Shown here one piece after another: positions 18,991 to 29,292 of a stretch of 64,000 nucleotides of DNA. The notes under the pieces are model-generated. The model saw nothing but the letters and a program-made list of their open reading frames with translations. It ran no database searches and was not told the DNA's origin. Positions within the stretch are counted from its first letter, which is position 1. The number at the start of each line of letters is the position of its first letter. Origin of the DNA: Patescibacteria group bacterium (GTDB lineage: Bacteria > Patescibacteriota > Gracilibacteria > UBA1369 > PNNO01); the NCBI GenBank assembly GCA_042568575.1, contig JBHPIO010000001.1:96001-160000 (forward strand), written 5' to 3'. The position numbers and the translations under genes are program-made.

Positions 18991-19542
18991 ATGTTGACAA
19001 AAAGCAGTTACATGAGTATTGTTTGCACTTGGAAATCTAAATTTAGTGCAATGATGCTTCATAGAAAAATAGATAAAAGGCTCGTATTACCAAGGATCGA
19101 AGAAGATCCTCAGGATGGCAAAGCTGAACAACAAGAAAACCCACAATCAATAAGCCCTGAGATAAAAAGGGTTAAATTTGAAATCAAATCAAAACTAACT
19201 GCGCTTCAAGGAAAACTAAGATTGAGCAAACTTCTATTTCCATTGTTGGAAGAGCTGGATTTATCTGAGGTTGAACCAAACATAGCAGTAAGCATGTTAC
19301 ATAGAGCATGTAAACAAGTTGAAATTAGCGATGAAACTGATGAAGTTGTTGATAGCACAGATTTAATTGATGCAGAGCCCATATTGACAAGCAAACTTCC
19401 AAGACCTCACATAATTAAAAAAATGAAGTGTAGGCAAGAAATTGCAATTGTTCCAAAAGATGCAGATGTAGTATGCATTTATTATCCTTCAAACTTGAGA
19501 AAAACAAAAAAATGGGTGTGTGGAAATGTGATTACAATTTAA
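18991..19542 (+). CDS. hypothetical protein (start uncertain, possibly 19051)
   Basis: open frame filling the intergenic space; TTGACA at 18995; no recognised motif. Confidence 0.5.
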   Translation: MLTKSSYMSIVCTWKSKFSAMMLHRKIDKRLVLPRIEEDPQDGKAEQQENPQSISPEIKRVKFEIKSKLTALQGKLRLSKLLFPLLEELDLSEVEPNIAVSMLHRACKQVEISDETDEVVDSTDLIDAEPILTSKLPRPHIIKKMKCRQEIAIVPKDADVVCIYYPSNLRKTKKWVCGNVITI

Positions 19543-19553
19543 TCTCTCACTGT

Positions 19554-20045
19554 ATGGGTAGGGAAAAAAAATCAGCGCTCCAAACTTTCTATGAAGATCC
19601 AGCAAAATTAGCAGAGGAAGCTAAATCAGTTTTGGGAGAATCACCTGAAGCTGAAAGATACTTCGAACAAGCAATTGGTCAACTTATACACTTAACTCAA
19701 AAAAAAGCCGAAAGTATTAAAATCCATAATCAATTAGTTGAAGCTCTAACTGAATTAGCAAGAACAGCAAAAACATTAGAAGAACTAGGTACATGCGTTG
19801 AAGCTTTCTGTGCATTAAACGGAATGGTTGAATACGAACCAACGTTTGAAATAAGCCCAGAATTAGCAAAAATGTCTCAAGAACTTGAACAACCTCTTTC
19901 TGTAAACCAAGTAACAGTGTCCTCTCCTCCAGATCTTCAATTAGAAGTTGATGGGCATGAATGCGCTTTCTCAATTAATTACCTTTATTTTACTGTATGT
20001 ATAAATGGTCAACCTTGGGCCCATTACTACAGAGGTTCAATCTAG
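19554..20045 (+). CDS. hypothetical protein
   Basis: open helical ORF; ATG at 19554 follows the upstream stop; no recognised motif. Confidence 0.55.
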   Translation: MGREKKSALQTFYEDPAKLAEEAKSVLGESPEAERYFEQAIGQLIHLTQKKAESIKIHNQLVEALTELARTAKTLEELGTCVEAFCALNGMVEYEPTFEISPELAKMSQELEQPLSVNQVTVSSPPDLQLEVDGHECAFSINYLYFTVCINGQPWAHYYRGSI

Positions 20046-21475
20046 GATATCAATTTCTTCAAAATATCGTTCACAACCTGAGGATTTGCCTGGCCTTTCA
20101 TTTCTTTCATAACCTGGCCGACTAAGAAGCCAAAGACTCTGTCTTTTCCGCTTTTAAAGTCTTCGATAACTTTTGGATTTGCTTCGATAACTTTTTTGCA
20201 AGCTTCTTCAATTGCGCCCGTATCACTTACAACTTTCAATCCCTTTTCTTCAACAATTTTGGAAGGACTATCCCCTGTTTCGTACATCACATTAAATACT
20301 TCAGCTTTTGCCTGATTCATAGAAATATCTCCGGACTCAACAAGCTGAATTAGTTCGCCCATCATTTCCGCGGTTACTTTGGATTCGCTTAAACTAATCT
20401 GCTCTTCGTTTAAACGTTTCATCAAAATCGTATTGATAAAAGAAACTGCTTTCTTGGGCTCTTTTATCATAGAGGTTACTTTTTCAAAATATTGAGCAAT
20501 ATGTAGATCAGCAGTCAGAATGCGTATATCATCTGGAAGCAATTTATATTCTTTTGCATAGCGTGCTCTTTTTTGAGCCGGCAATTCTGGAACAAGCTTT
20601 CCAAGCTCTTTAAGATTTTCTTTTGTTGTAATTAGCGGTGGCAAGTCAGGTTCAGGAAAATATCTGTAATCATCCGAACCTTCTTTATCACGAAGGAAGT
20701 ATGTTTTTTGACTATCATCAGCCCACCCCATCGTTATATCTTTATTCAAAGGTTCATCGTTATTCCACAAAGTAATCTGACGCTCTATTTCATAATCAAT
20801 TGCAGATCCAAGTGATCTAAAAGAGTTTAAATTCTTAATTTCAGCACGATTGTTAAGTTTAGTTTCCCCTTTCGGACGAATCGACACACTCGCATCAAAA
20901 CGCATCATCCCCTTCTCCATATCCGCATCTGAAGCCTCACAAAATCGCAAAACATTCTGAATTTCGCGCGCATAGGCCATTGCTTCTTCTGAATTTCTAA
21001 TGTCAGGCTCAGAAACAATTTCCATCAATGGAGTTCCACAACGATTGTAGTCAACAAGCGAACCACCTGGAACGTGAGTTAGCTTCCCTGCATCGTCTTC
21101 CAAATGCAAACGCGTGATTCGAATTTTCTTTTTTTCGTCACCTACTTCAATTTCAATCTCGCCGTTTATTGCAAGCGGTTTATCGAATTGAGAAATCTGA
21201 AATCCCTTTGGAAGATCCGGGTAGAAATAATTTTTACGATCGAACTTGCAGTACTCGGGAATTTCACAATTAAGTGCAAGAGAAGCAACAGTCCCCTTTT
21301 GCACTGCTGTTTCGTTAATGACTGGAAGCTGCCCCGGGAAGCCCATGCAAACTTCACAAACATTGCTATTTGGATCTTTATCAAAAGAATCATTATCGCA
21401 TCGACAAAACATTTTCGTTTTTGTTGAAATCTGCGCGTGTATTTCTATTCCGATAACTGCTTCAAAATCAGGCAT
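20042..21475 (-). CDS. gatB: Asp-tRNA(Asn)/Glu-tRNA(Gln) amidotransferase subunit B
   Basis: IGIEIHAQ, FDRKNYFYPDLPKGFQISQ, HLEDDAGK, EIKNLNSF, YRYFPEPDLPP. Confidence 0.97.
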   Translation of the reverse strand: MPDFEAVIGIEIHAQISTKTKMFCRCDNDSFDKDPNSNVCEVCMGFPGQLPVINETAVQKGTVASLALNCEIPEYCKFDRKNYFYPDLPKGFQISQFDKPLAINGEIEIEVGDEKKKIRITRLHLEDDAGKLTHVPGGSLVDYNRCGTPLMEIVSEPDIRNSEEAMAYAREIQNVLRFCEASDADMEKGMMRFDASVSIRPKGETKLNNRAEIKNLNSFRSLGSAIDYEIERQITLWNNDEPLNKDITMGWADDSQKTYFLRDKEGSDDYRYFPEPDLPPLITTKENLKELGKLVPELPAQKRARYAKEYKLLPDDIRILTADLHIAQYFEKVTSMIKEPKKAVSFINTILMKRLNEEQISLSESKVTAEMMGELIQLVESGDISMNQAKAEVFNVMYETGDSPSKIVEEKGLKVVSDTGAIEEACKKVIEANPKVIEDFKSGKDRVFGFLVGQVMKEMKGQANPQVVNDILKKLIS

Positions 21476-21538
21476 TATAAATAATTAACACTCTGAGATG
21501 TATTGTACTAAAAAAGAATCACATTTGAAATACCTAGC

Positions 21539-21844
21539 TTATGATATTTCAACTTCTTCTAAAATCGTTAAAGCCCGTTCAAGATCATCACCTTTTCTAT
21601 CAAACGATCTAAATAATGACCTGGCCCAAAAAATAATTCCTGTAACATCTGCTCGCGATATAACTTCTGGAGTCCTAGTAATTGGCTGTTCCAACGATTG
21701 CAAACGACACATGTGATGTAAATCTCCTGATGTCCTTATTTTTTCAGTTAAACCGTATGCTTCTTTAAGAATTGTTTGTGCTGCTAATCCAACTTCATCC
21801 CTCCCCTTAGGTGGATCTAGAGTTTTGTCTTCACTTAATGCCAT
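21539..21844 (-). CDS. hypothetical protein
   Basis: 101-aa ORF with AT-rich leader and an upstream TTGACA. Confidence 0.5.
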   Translation of the reverse strand: MALSEDKTLDPPKGRDEVGLAAQTILKEAYGLTEKIRTSGDLHHMCRLQSLEQPITRTPEVISRADVTGIIFWARSLFRSFDRKGDDLERALTILEEVEIS

Positions 21845-21910
21845 AATTATTTATTATCAAATACAGTCAATATTTAATAAATATTTAATGTTCTGTCAAG
21901 TGAAAGCTAG

Positions 21911-22483
21911 CTAAATTCTCTCAACAACTTTTTCGATCTGTTTCTTCAAATCTTTCAAACTCCCATTATTTTCAATCACAAAATCAATCTTGAAAGGCTT
22001 TTTCTGATATGAAATCAACTTATCGTAATCCTCTCGGCTTAGCTTTCTTTTCTCAATTACTCGCTTATAAGCGGTATCATGATCTGCCTCAACCCAAACT
22101 GTATGAGTTAATTTGGCGCCAATTCTTTTCTCATCAAAACGAATCGCCTCAATTGCTATCTTGTCAGACTTATTTGCCTGAATTTCCTTACTCATTTCAT
22201 TAAAAACAATCGGATGAATAATTTTTTCCAGAATCCTAAGCTTTGCTGGATTGCAAAAAACAGTTTTTGCCAACTTCTTCCTGTTAACCTTGCCATTTTT
22301 CAAAATATATTCCGGTCCAAAAAAATCATTGATCTTTCGCCACCCATCATTCTCAGGCTCATAAAGTTTATGAACAATCTCGTCCGCATCAATAATATAA
22401 AACCCATGCTCCTTAAAATACTTTAAAGCAGTGCTTTTCCCAGATCCAAGATACCCTGTAATTCCAACAATTACTTTATTCAT
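21911..22483 (-). CDS. coaE: dephospho-CoA kinase
   Basis: GITGYLGSGKST, IDAD, VNRKKLA..VF, LEKIIHP, IENNG. Confidence 0.9.
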   Translation of the reverse strand: MNKVIVGITGYLGSGKSTALKYFKEHGFYIIDADEIVHKLYEPENDGWRKINDFFGPEYILKNGKVNRKKLAKTVFCNPAKLRILEKIIHPIVFNEMSKEIQANKSDKIAIEAIRFDEKRIGAKLTHTVWVEADHDTAYKRVIEKRKLSREDYDKLISYQKKPFKIDFVIENNGSLKDLKKQIEKVVERI

Positions 22484-22890
22484 AATTTTGCGCCTAAATC
22501 CTTATATGCACTTTTAAATTGAGATAGTGTCACTTTAACCTCCCTTGAAGATAATGAAACTCCTATCTCGTGCGCAATTCTGTTCCTCGTTTTATGAGCC
22601 GTCCAAACATCATTTAAATTTCCAAATAAACTTCCACCTTTTTTGAGCATTTCCCCAAGTGTTCCATCGTACCCTTTTGCTTCAAGTAAATAAGCCAAAA
22701 GTTTGTCTGCATCTAAAATCGATTGAACAGGATTGTGCTGGCTTTCAGAAACTATTTTCGTCCACTGTTTATTTAAGAACCTTTGCTGCTGCGCTGTTAA
22801 CTTCCTTGAACCTCCCTTTATCAAAACCAAAACCGCCACAACAATGGCAAGCCCAATAAAAACCAGCAAAACAATCGAAAAAATCTCCAT
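22480..22890 (-). CDS. conserved hypothetical membrane-anchored protein
   Basis: N-terminal TM; ADKLL..G.TLGEMLK..W.AHK.RN.IAHE pattern; ATGA overlap with coaE. Confidence 0.75.
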   Translation of the reverse strand: MEIFSIVLLVFIGLAIVVAVLVLIKGGSRKLTAQQQRFLNKQWTKIVSESQHNPVQSILDADKLLAYLLEAKGYDGTLGEMLKKGGSLFGNLNDVWTAHKTRNRIAHEIGVSLSSREVKVTLSQFKSAYKDLGAKL

Positions 22891-22893
22891 AAG

Positions 22894-23514
22894 TTATTTC
22901 TTTTTTACAGAATCTATTGGTGTCTCATCAACTTTATCAGGAAGCCCATTTCTTTTCACATGATCAACGACTAAATCCGAAAGAAGCTGCTTTAAAACCT
23001 CCTGATCTTGGAAGTTTTTTGAAGTCATATATTTTTCCTGATACTTCAATACATATTTCTCACATTTTTTTGGATTCATCGCCTCCTTAAGAGTTATTGT
23101 TGAAGGTCCACCAAACTTCGCAAGACTCATGTCTCCATAATTCATCATCGTCTGCCAGAAGCCTTTTAAACTGTACGAAACACCCTCAATCGAAGGATAT
23201 TCAATTCTGCTGCTGCTTCTATCAAAAAAGCCAAGCCATTCAACACCAATAATCCCCATGTTTGTAAGAAGCCAAACATCATAATACCAATCTTGAACAA
23301 CAAAAAACGCTCTTGCAAGGCCAATAAAAGCCCATCCTCCATAAATAAGCAAAAGTTGTGGGAACATTATCCAAAATAGAAAAGGAACAAAAGCATGAAA
23401 AAAGACAATCCTCAGAATATCTCGAAGCATAATTATCGGATGCCTTCTAGCAACAAAAAGAATGTGCTCGTCATCCTCAAGATAATCTTTAAATAAATAC
23501 TCAGTTATTTTCAT
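22894..23514 (-). CDS. membrane protein with bacterial PH-like domain
   Basis: two TM helices then DVWLLTN..GFF..I..V..KGFW....NYG. Confidence 0.7.
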   Translation of the reverse strand: MKITEYLFKDYLEDDEHILFVARRHPIIMLRDILRIVFFHAFVPFLFWIMFPQLLLIYGGWAFIGLARAFFVVQDWYYDVWLLTNMGIIGVEWLGFFDRSSSRIEYPSIEGVSYSLKGFWQTMMNYGDMSLAKFGGPSTITLKEAMNPKKCEKYVLKYQEKYMTSKNFQDQEVLKQLLSDLVVDHVKRNGLPDKVDETPIDSVKKK

Positions 23515-23604
23515 ACAAAATGGAATTATTCCGACAACATATTACCCTGATTTGAAAAATATGAAAAGAGCGAGTAAAATCAAATAAATGTTTAAATTTA
23601 TCTC

Positions 23605-24507
23605 ATGAAAGTTATTTTTTGCGGAACTCCCGATTTTGCAGTTCCATTTCTTATTAGTCTCATATATGACAAAGATATCGAAGTGGAAGCTGTCGTGACT
23701 CAGCCAGATAAGCCTGTTGGCCGCAAGCAAATTCTCACGCCTCCAGCAGTAAAAGAGATCGCAATTGAAAATAATCTACCTGTATTGCAGCCAGATTCAA
23801 TTAATGATGACTTTCTTGAGTTAATTAGAAATATAGAACCAGATTTTATTGTTGTTATTGCTTACGGAGTAATTCTTCCTCAGGAAATGATCGACATTCC
23901 AAAGCGTGACTGCATTAATGTTCACGCATCACTCCTTCCAAAATATCGCGGTGCTTCACCAATTCAAACTTCACTTCTAAACGGAGACAAGGAGACCGGG
24001 CTAACTATTATGCAAATTGATAAAGAACTGGATAAAGGCGGTATTTATATGCTTAGAAAAGTTGCAATCGATTCAACAGACACAACTGAAATCCTTTCTA
24101 AAAGACTTTCAGAAATCGGTGCAATTATTCTTCCATCTGCCCTTAAGGATATTGAGGAGGAAGTTCTCTCCCCTCTCAAGCAAGATGAAAATGATGCAAG
24201 TTATTGTAAAAAGATTTCAAAAAAAGACGCTCAAATTGATCCAGAAAAAGATGATGCAGAAAAAATTCTCAATAAACTTAGAGCCTTTACACCTTGGCCC
24301 GGCATTTACATGGATTTCCAGGAAAAACGATTAAAGGTTTTACATGCTAAAGCAAGCGAAGAGAAAGCTAACCCTGGGGAGCTTAAAGGTATTGATGGCA
24401 GCTTAATTCTTGGCACAAAAAAAGACTCAATAGAGCTTTTTAAAGTTCAAATGGAAGGGAAAAATCCTGTTTCCGCAAAGGAATTCATTAATGGCTTTTT
24501 GAAGTAA
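23605..24507 (+). CDS. fmt: methionyl-tRNA formyltransferase
   Basis: FCGTPDFA, VTQPD, INVHASLLPKYRGASP, PWPG. Confidence 0.96.
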   Translation: MKVIFCGTPDFAVPFLISLIYDKDIEVEAVVTQPDKPVGRKQILTPPAVKEIAIENNLPVLQPDSINDDFLELIRNIEPDFIVVIAYGVILPQEMIDIPKRDCINVHASLLPKYRGASPIQTSLLNGDKETGLTIMQIDKELDKGGIYMLRKVAIDSTDTTEILSKRLSEIGAIILPSALKDIEEEVLSPLKQDENDASYCKKISKKDAQIDPEKDDAEKILNKLRAFTPWPGIYMDFQEKRLKVLHAKASEEKANPGELKGIDGSLILGTKKDSIELFKVQMEGKNPVSAKEFINGFLK

Positions 24508-25807
24508 TAGCGTAGCTTCCAAACACAGCAAACATAAGGAAAAGTAAAGCTTGTCCGTGATATAAAGAGATAAGGTAGTGATCGAAAAGTCCAATTATAC
24601 AAAGTGCGGTGAGCAACGAAATCAAAATGGCTCCAAGGTTTCTTTTATGCTTGTCTGCTTTTTTCATTGCAAGGAAAATTAAAACAGCAAAGCTCACAAG
24701 AAGTAGCACAAATACTATAAATCCAAACACTCCCATTTCGTTTGTAATGAGCATGTAAATATTATGCACCGGCTGAAAATCCCATGGTGCAAGCTTGGCC
24801 GAAGTAAAATCAGACATAAGTAATGTAAAATTACCAAGGCCAATCCCAAACGGAATTGCATACATCATCTGCTTACTTATATTGAAATAAAAGACACGGT
24901 CGGTAAGGCTACTATCGTCCATCAAGAATAGACGCGTAAGAATACTTTGCTCAAGATTAAAAAGTACAACAAAGAAAATCAAAATACTTAAAGAAAACAG
25001 AATGTATTTAATAGAAATCCTGCTATTTTTTAAAGATATATAAACAAGGAAAGCCACAAGGATTGCAAGAAATGCTCCCCTTGAAAAAGCCAATACAAGA
25101 GCCGCTGACATAAGAATTAATAGCGGATAAGCAATATACTCCTTCTGACGTATTCGATGGTAAGCAAAGAGAATTCCGGCTAGTAGATATCCAGCAAGAA
25201 TATTTGGATGTGGAAGTGTCCCGTAAGGCCGCATCAGCGTGTTCTCCTCAAGTTGAATCTTTGCAACTCCAGGGATGTCCGCGGAAATCTGTGGTTCTCC
25301 AAAAATCGCAAAACCAACTGAGCCCTGATAAAGGTACTGAATGACAGCAAGTAAAGCCTGCAGACTAACCGAAGCAATGAAAACATTAATAATTGTATTG
25401 ATCTTTACTGTTTTATTAACAACAAAGAAATACATGAGAATCAATTCAACAAATCGAATGACATACGCAAACGAAAGCCATTGATCTTCCGCAAATAAAA
25501 CTGAAACCTCAGCAATAATCAAAAACAAGACTAGCAAAATCGCGATTGCACTTTTACCATAAGTAATCTTCTCCTTAAATTCATTTTTAAATATTGCAAT
25601 CCCCCAGCAAATAAACGCTGCCAAAAATAAGAAATCCGTGAGATATAGAAAGAACGATGTTATCTGATTAAAATTCCCACTCTCAAAAATTGGTGTTGCG
25701 TAAACAATCACATTGATTTGGAGAGGCAGCAGAAAAACAAATGCGTAAAAACAAAAACGACAAACCTTCATCCATGTTAGTTGTTTACGAAGCTTGTTCA
25801 GTTTCAT
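24488..25807 (-). CDS. O-antigen ligase / O-oligosaccharyltransferase family membrane protein
   Basis: multi-TM; RPYGTLPHPNILAG, FSRGA, GIGLGNF, PVHNIY..E.G. Confidence 0.85.
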   Translation of the reverse strand: MKLNKLRKQLTWMKVCRFCFYAFVFLLPLQINVIVYATPIFESGNFNQITSFFLYLTDFLFLAAFICWGIAIFKNEFKEKITYGKSAIAILLVLFLIIAEVSVLFAEDQWLSFAYVIRFVELILMYFFVVNKTVKINTIINVFIASVSLQALLAVIQYLYQGSVGFAIFGEPQISADIPGVAKIQLEENTLMRPYGTLPHPNILAGYLLAGILFAYHRIRQKEYIAYPLLILMSAALVLAFSRGAFLAILVAFLVYISLKNSRISIKYILFSLSILIFFVVLFNLEQSILTRLFLMDDSSLTDRVFYFNISKQMMYAIPFGIGLGNFTLLMSDFTSAKLAPWDFQPVHNIYMLITNEMGVFGFIVFVLLLVSFAVLIFLAMKKADKHKRNLGAILISLLTALCIIGLFDHYLISLYHGQALLFLMFAVFGSYAITSKSH

Positions 25808-27251
25808 CCTCAGTTACAGTTACTTGCGGGAGCAATCCTCCGCTAGGTAGGATAGCATTTATTTCGTCCTGTGCAATCTTCATTGCATCATCAGGACTTT
25901 TTGTCGCAAGAACTGCGTTAATCGCCTTCATCATACTTCCCTCGTATGTTTCTTCGTCATATATCAGAAAACTTTCAGCAAAACCAATCTGTTCTGCAAA
26001 CACACCATAAATCGGATCGTTTTTCTGTTCTTCAATCATGTCACGACGACTTGTTGGCTTGTGAGTTTTTTCATTGTAATGCTGCAGTGATTCCTGTGAA
26101 GTAACAAATATTAGGAAATCCCATGCCCATCGTGGATTTTCTGAAGTTCGAGCAACCGTTTCAGCAAAATAATGTGCATATGCATCACGCTTTTCGGTCG
26201 AAACAGATGGATCGACAACTTGAGGAATAACTGAAACTCTAATGCTTGCCGGGTCAATTGTAGAAAGACCCTTTGATTTAAGCTCATTAATTTCATCAAC
26301 TATTTGATCGTACATATAAGAATAACCAATCACCATTGATACTTTACCTCGAGCAAATGTAGTAATTTCTTTTTCGTCAGAATTTCCATCAGAAAGATAT
26401 GCATTCCATGAATAGTTTTTATTTGAAGGGTTTGCAAAACTTGTATAAAGCTCTAGTGCATTTGGGCCAGGTTTTAAAGTACTTCCATCACTTCCGACAC
26501 CCTGTTGATTCGCAAAAATAGATTGAGTGAAACTATCATCATAAAAGTCTCCGTTTTGTTGAACCATTAATAAATATAGGATATCAACAGCACGAGAAAT
26601 ATTGTCCGCAAATCCCATTGCCATTCCAGAAACTTCAAATCTTTCAAAACTATTATCTTTTTTAGTTAGTTTAAACACGTCTTCTTTAATTCCATCCCAA
26701 GTGGTCGCTGGCTTCCCTCTCTCAGGCACAGCGTCGTCAAAATGATCCTTATTGTAATATAAAGCTAGGGTATCAACTGTCATTGGAAGCGCATAAGGAG
26801 TTAAAACTCCTGTTTGTGGATCCGTTCTCACCAAATCATCGTATGCAACTCCAACAAAAGTGTCCTCAAATATCTTTGCAGGTACTAAATCTGGTGGCGC
26901 TGGTGTGACTTTCTTGTGATTCTTTACAAACCAAGTGTTTGGAACAGAGAAAATGTCTGGTCCTTCACCTTCTGCAAGCTCATTTAGTATTAAATCGTAA
27001 TATTCTTCTGTATCTGTAAATTGTCGATAATTTATCTTAACATTCGGATGCGTAGCAACATATTCCTGAATCAAAGGCTCAATTACCTCAGAATCATCAA
27101 AAAGCTTGTAATACGTAAGCTCAACTACATCAAAAGTTTGCTTTACAACAGGGCTTTTTGTGCGAAAACATCCCGCTCCAAATGCAATTAAAAAAAGAAA
27201 TGCGAGTCCTGCCGCTCCTGCACCAATTATAAGAACAAGTCTTCGATTCAT
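25785..27251 (-). CDS. extracellular solute-binding protein (sugar ABC family 1)
   Basis: N-terminal anchor; GEGPDIF, DTLALYYNKD, P.TW, F..GKVSM, AWDFL. Confidence 0.82.
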   Translation of the reverse strand: MNRRLVLIIGAGAAGLAFLFLIAFGAGCFRTKSPVVKQTFDVVELTYYKLFDDSEVIEPLIQEYVATHPNVKINYRQFTDTEEYYDLILNELAEGEGPDIFSVPNTWFVKNHKKVTPAPPDLVPAKIFEDTFVGVAYDDLVRTDPQTGVLTPYALPMTVDTLALYYNKDHFDDAVPERGKPATTWDGIKEDVFKLTKKDNSFERFEVSGMAMGFADNISRAVDILYLLMVQQNGDFYDDSFTQSIFANQQGVGSDGSTLKPGPNALELYTSFANPSNKNYSWNAYLSDGNSDEKEITTFARGKVSMVIGYSYMYDQIVDEINELKSKGLSTIDPASIRVSVIPQVVDPSVSTEKRDAYAHYFAETVARTSENPRWAWDFLIFVTSQESLQHYNEKTHKPTSRRDMIEEQKNDPIYGVFAEQIGFAESFLIYDEETYEGSMMKAINAVLATKSPDDAMKIAQDEINAILPSGGLLPQVTVTEDETEQAS

Positions 27252-27323
27252 ATGATTTTCTTAAATGTCAGTTTTTATTTATATACTTATATTATTATAC
27301 TACTTTTTCGCCTCCTAAACAAA

Positions 27324-27352
27324 TTGCCACGGGATTATTTTTGTAGTATAAT
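27324..27352 (+). promoter_or_regulatory. sigma70 promoter
   Basis: TTGCCA-17 bp-TATAAT upstream of 27375. Confidence 0.65.
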
Positions 27353-27374
27353 ATAGGGAAAACATAAATTAACC

Positions 27375-27674
27375 ATGTTCAAAATGGCTAATCCAGAAGG
27401 ATCATATTATGACGAGGATGAACTAGGTACTCCTGAAGCTCATAATCAAAGTGATTATGAGGCTCCAGAAAGCGCATTTATGCCTCAAATTAACGAAGCT
27501 CAAGAAGAAACGCATGCTAGTTATGCAAGACTTTGGGAACAATATTCGTCAGAACAAGGCATTTCTACGGATGAAGAGCCAGAAGCTGCTAATGATGAAG
27601 GAATGTCATTCGCTGAAGAAACTCCAGAAAACATTGGTGGAAGCGAAGGCGGAGGAATGGCCGCAGCTGCTTAA
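27375..27674 (+). CDS. small acidic hypothetical protein ending in AAAA
   Basis: Glu-rich, probably disordered; own promoter. Confidence 0.7.
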   Translation: MFKMANPEGSYYDEDELGTPEAHNQSDYEAPESAFMPQINEAQEETHASYARLWEQYSSEQGISTDEEPEAANDEGMSFAEETPENIGGSEGGGMAAAA

Positions 27675-28594
27675 GCTCCCTCTTTCAAGCCTTTTAGGAA
27701 GTATTTTTTTGAAAGCGCATAATAATATAACGTGCAGTATTTCCCATCAGAGATATCGCGGATTTTTTTGAATACAAATAAAGGAATGGGATTTGATAGA
27801 AGCGCAAAAGCTATCTTTTTCCATGTTGAGGGAACTTTATTCAATTCAGGATATTTTTTATGAATCAAATGTGCCGATTTCCCGATCATTCTCATTCTAT
27901 CTGCAAGACTTTCCTCTTCCATTGGGTGATAATGATAACCAATAGCCCGAGGATTGTAGTGCAGCACTAAATTCTCTTTTTTTGTTAATCGATAGCCAAG
28001 TTCAATATCTTCCCATCCATATGAACTAAACCTCGAATCGAAAGGGTACTTTTTAAGAACAGATGTCTTTAAGGAAATATTAATCGTATAGAAAAAGTTA
28101 TAATCTGCCTTCGTTTTACCTTCAAGTTTCTCAAAAGCAAACTGATGTCCGCCAAATTTCCCCATCACAGAAGAACCATTTGTAAGCCAATCCATAAAAG
28201 GTGTAATTTCAAGACGCGGATCCCAACTTACAAATCCCAAAACAGCTTCATTTGGCTTATTAAACCTGCGATGATACTGAACATGTTGCTTAACAAAATC
28301 TGGAAGAACCATAAGATCATCTCCGATAAGAATAACTATCTTCCCCTGAGCATATCTAAGCGCATAATTCCGAGCAATCCCCTGCCCCTGATTTTTCTGG
28401 TGTAGTGCTTTAAACTGCACTTTCGATTTTTTCTCAAATTCTTCAAGAACTTCCTTAGTATTATCCGTACTCCCATCATCAACAACAATAATTTCGAACT
28501 CGTTTTTAACAAAGTCCTGCTTCAAAAGCTTTTCAAGACATTCTTTTAAAATATCTGCTCTGTTGTATGTTGGGATAATAACGGTTGCCTGCAC
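27671..28594 (-). CDS. family 2 glycosyltransferase
   Basis: VIIPTYNR, VVDDGSTD, G..ARN, GWEDIELGYRL. Confidence 0.92.
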   Translation of the reverse strand: MQATVIIPTYNRADILKECLEKLLKQDFVKNEFEIIVVDDGSTDNTKEVLEEFEKKSKVQFKALHQKNQGQGIARNYALRYAQGKIVILIGDDLMVLPDFVKQHVQYHRRFNKPNEAVLGFVSWDPRLEITPFMDWLTNGSSVMGKFGGHQFAFEKLEGKTKADYNFFYTINISLKTSVLKKYPFDSRFSSYGWEDIELGYRLTKKENLVLHYNPRAIGYHYHPMEEESLADRMRMIGKSAHLIHKKYPELNKVPSTWKKIAFALLSNPIPLFVFKKIRDISDGKYCTLYYYALSKKYFLKGLKEGA

Positions 28595-28727
28595 CTTGTG
28601 ATTTTGATTAAGAACATTTGAAGTTTACGGCAGCACGCAAGAAAATTCAACTAAGTCGCATGCCATACATTTTAAATATGACACGCGACTTTAGTCCCAA
28701 CAAAGCCTATCTTAAATTTTCGGCTTA

Positions 28728-29144
28728 CTATTTATCCTCTTCCTCGTCTTCCATCTCTTCATCCTCATCCTTAATTGGCTCAACCGACGCATTCGGTTCA
28801 CCCTGCTTATTCTTCTTCCAAGTTAAAATATTCACATCCTTCGCAACTATTTCAGTAACATATTTAGTATCACCCTCCTTTGTTTCATAACTTCGATTTT
28901 TCAGCATCCCTTCAAGATAAATACTTGAACCCTTCTTTAGGTATTCACCACAAATTTCCCCAAGTTTATGCCATGCAATGATCCGATGAAAATCTGTCGC
29001 ACGTTTTTGTTCCCCATCTGGATTTTTCCACTGACGATTTGTTGCTAGCGCAAAATTCGCCACTTTTTTGCCCGTAGTTGTCTCACGCAGATCTGGATCA
29101 GCAACCAGGTTCCCCATGAGAGTCACTCGATTTAAACTTCGCAT
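28728..29144 (-). CDS. ssb: single-stranded DNA-binding protein
   Basis: LNRVTLMGNLVADPDLR, FALAT, YLKKGS..Y.EG.L, YVTEI; acidic tail without a terminal IPF. Confidence 0.92.
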   Translation of the reverse strand: MRSLNRVTLMGNLVADPDLRETTTGKKVANFALATNRQWKNPDGEQKRATDFHRIIAWHKLGEICGEYLKKGSSIYLEGMLKNRSYETKEGDTKYVTEIVAKDVNILTWKKNKQGEPNASVEPIKDEDEEMEDEEEDK

Positions 29145-29292
29145 ATTTTTTTGGTTAAAAAATGAAAGTGCCCTAAGCTTAGCGAACACTTGTAAAAAGG
29201 ATCTAAAAAAAATATTAAAAGTTGAAGTGTGTTTTTTCTTGTTTTTTAGGCATATTTCGCTAATAATGAACGCACAAAATAATACTCTATCA

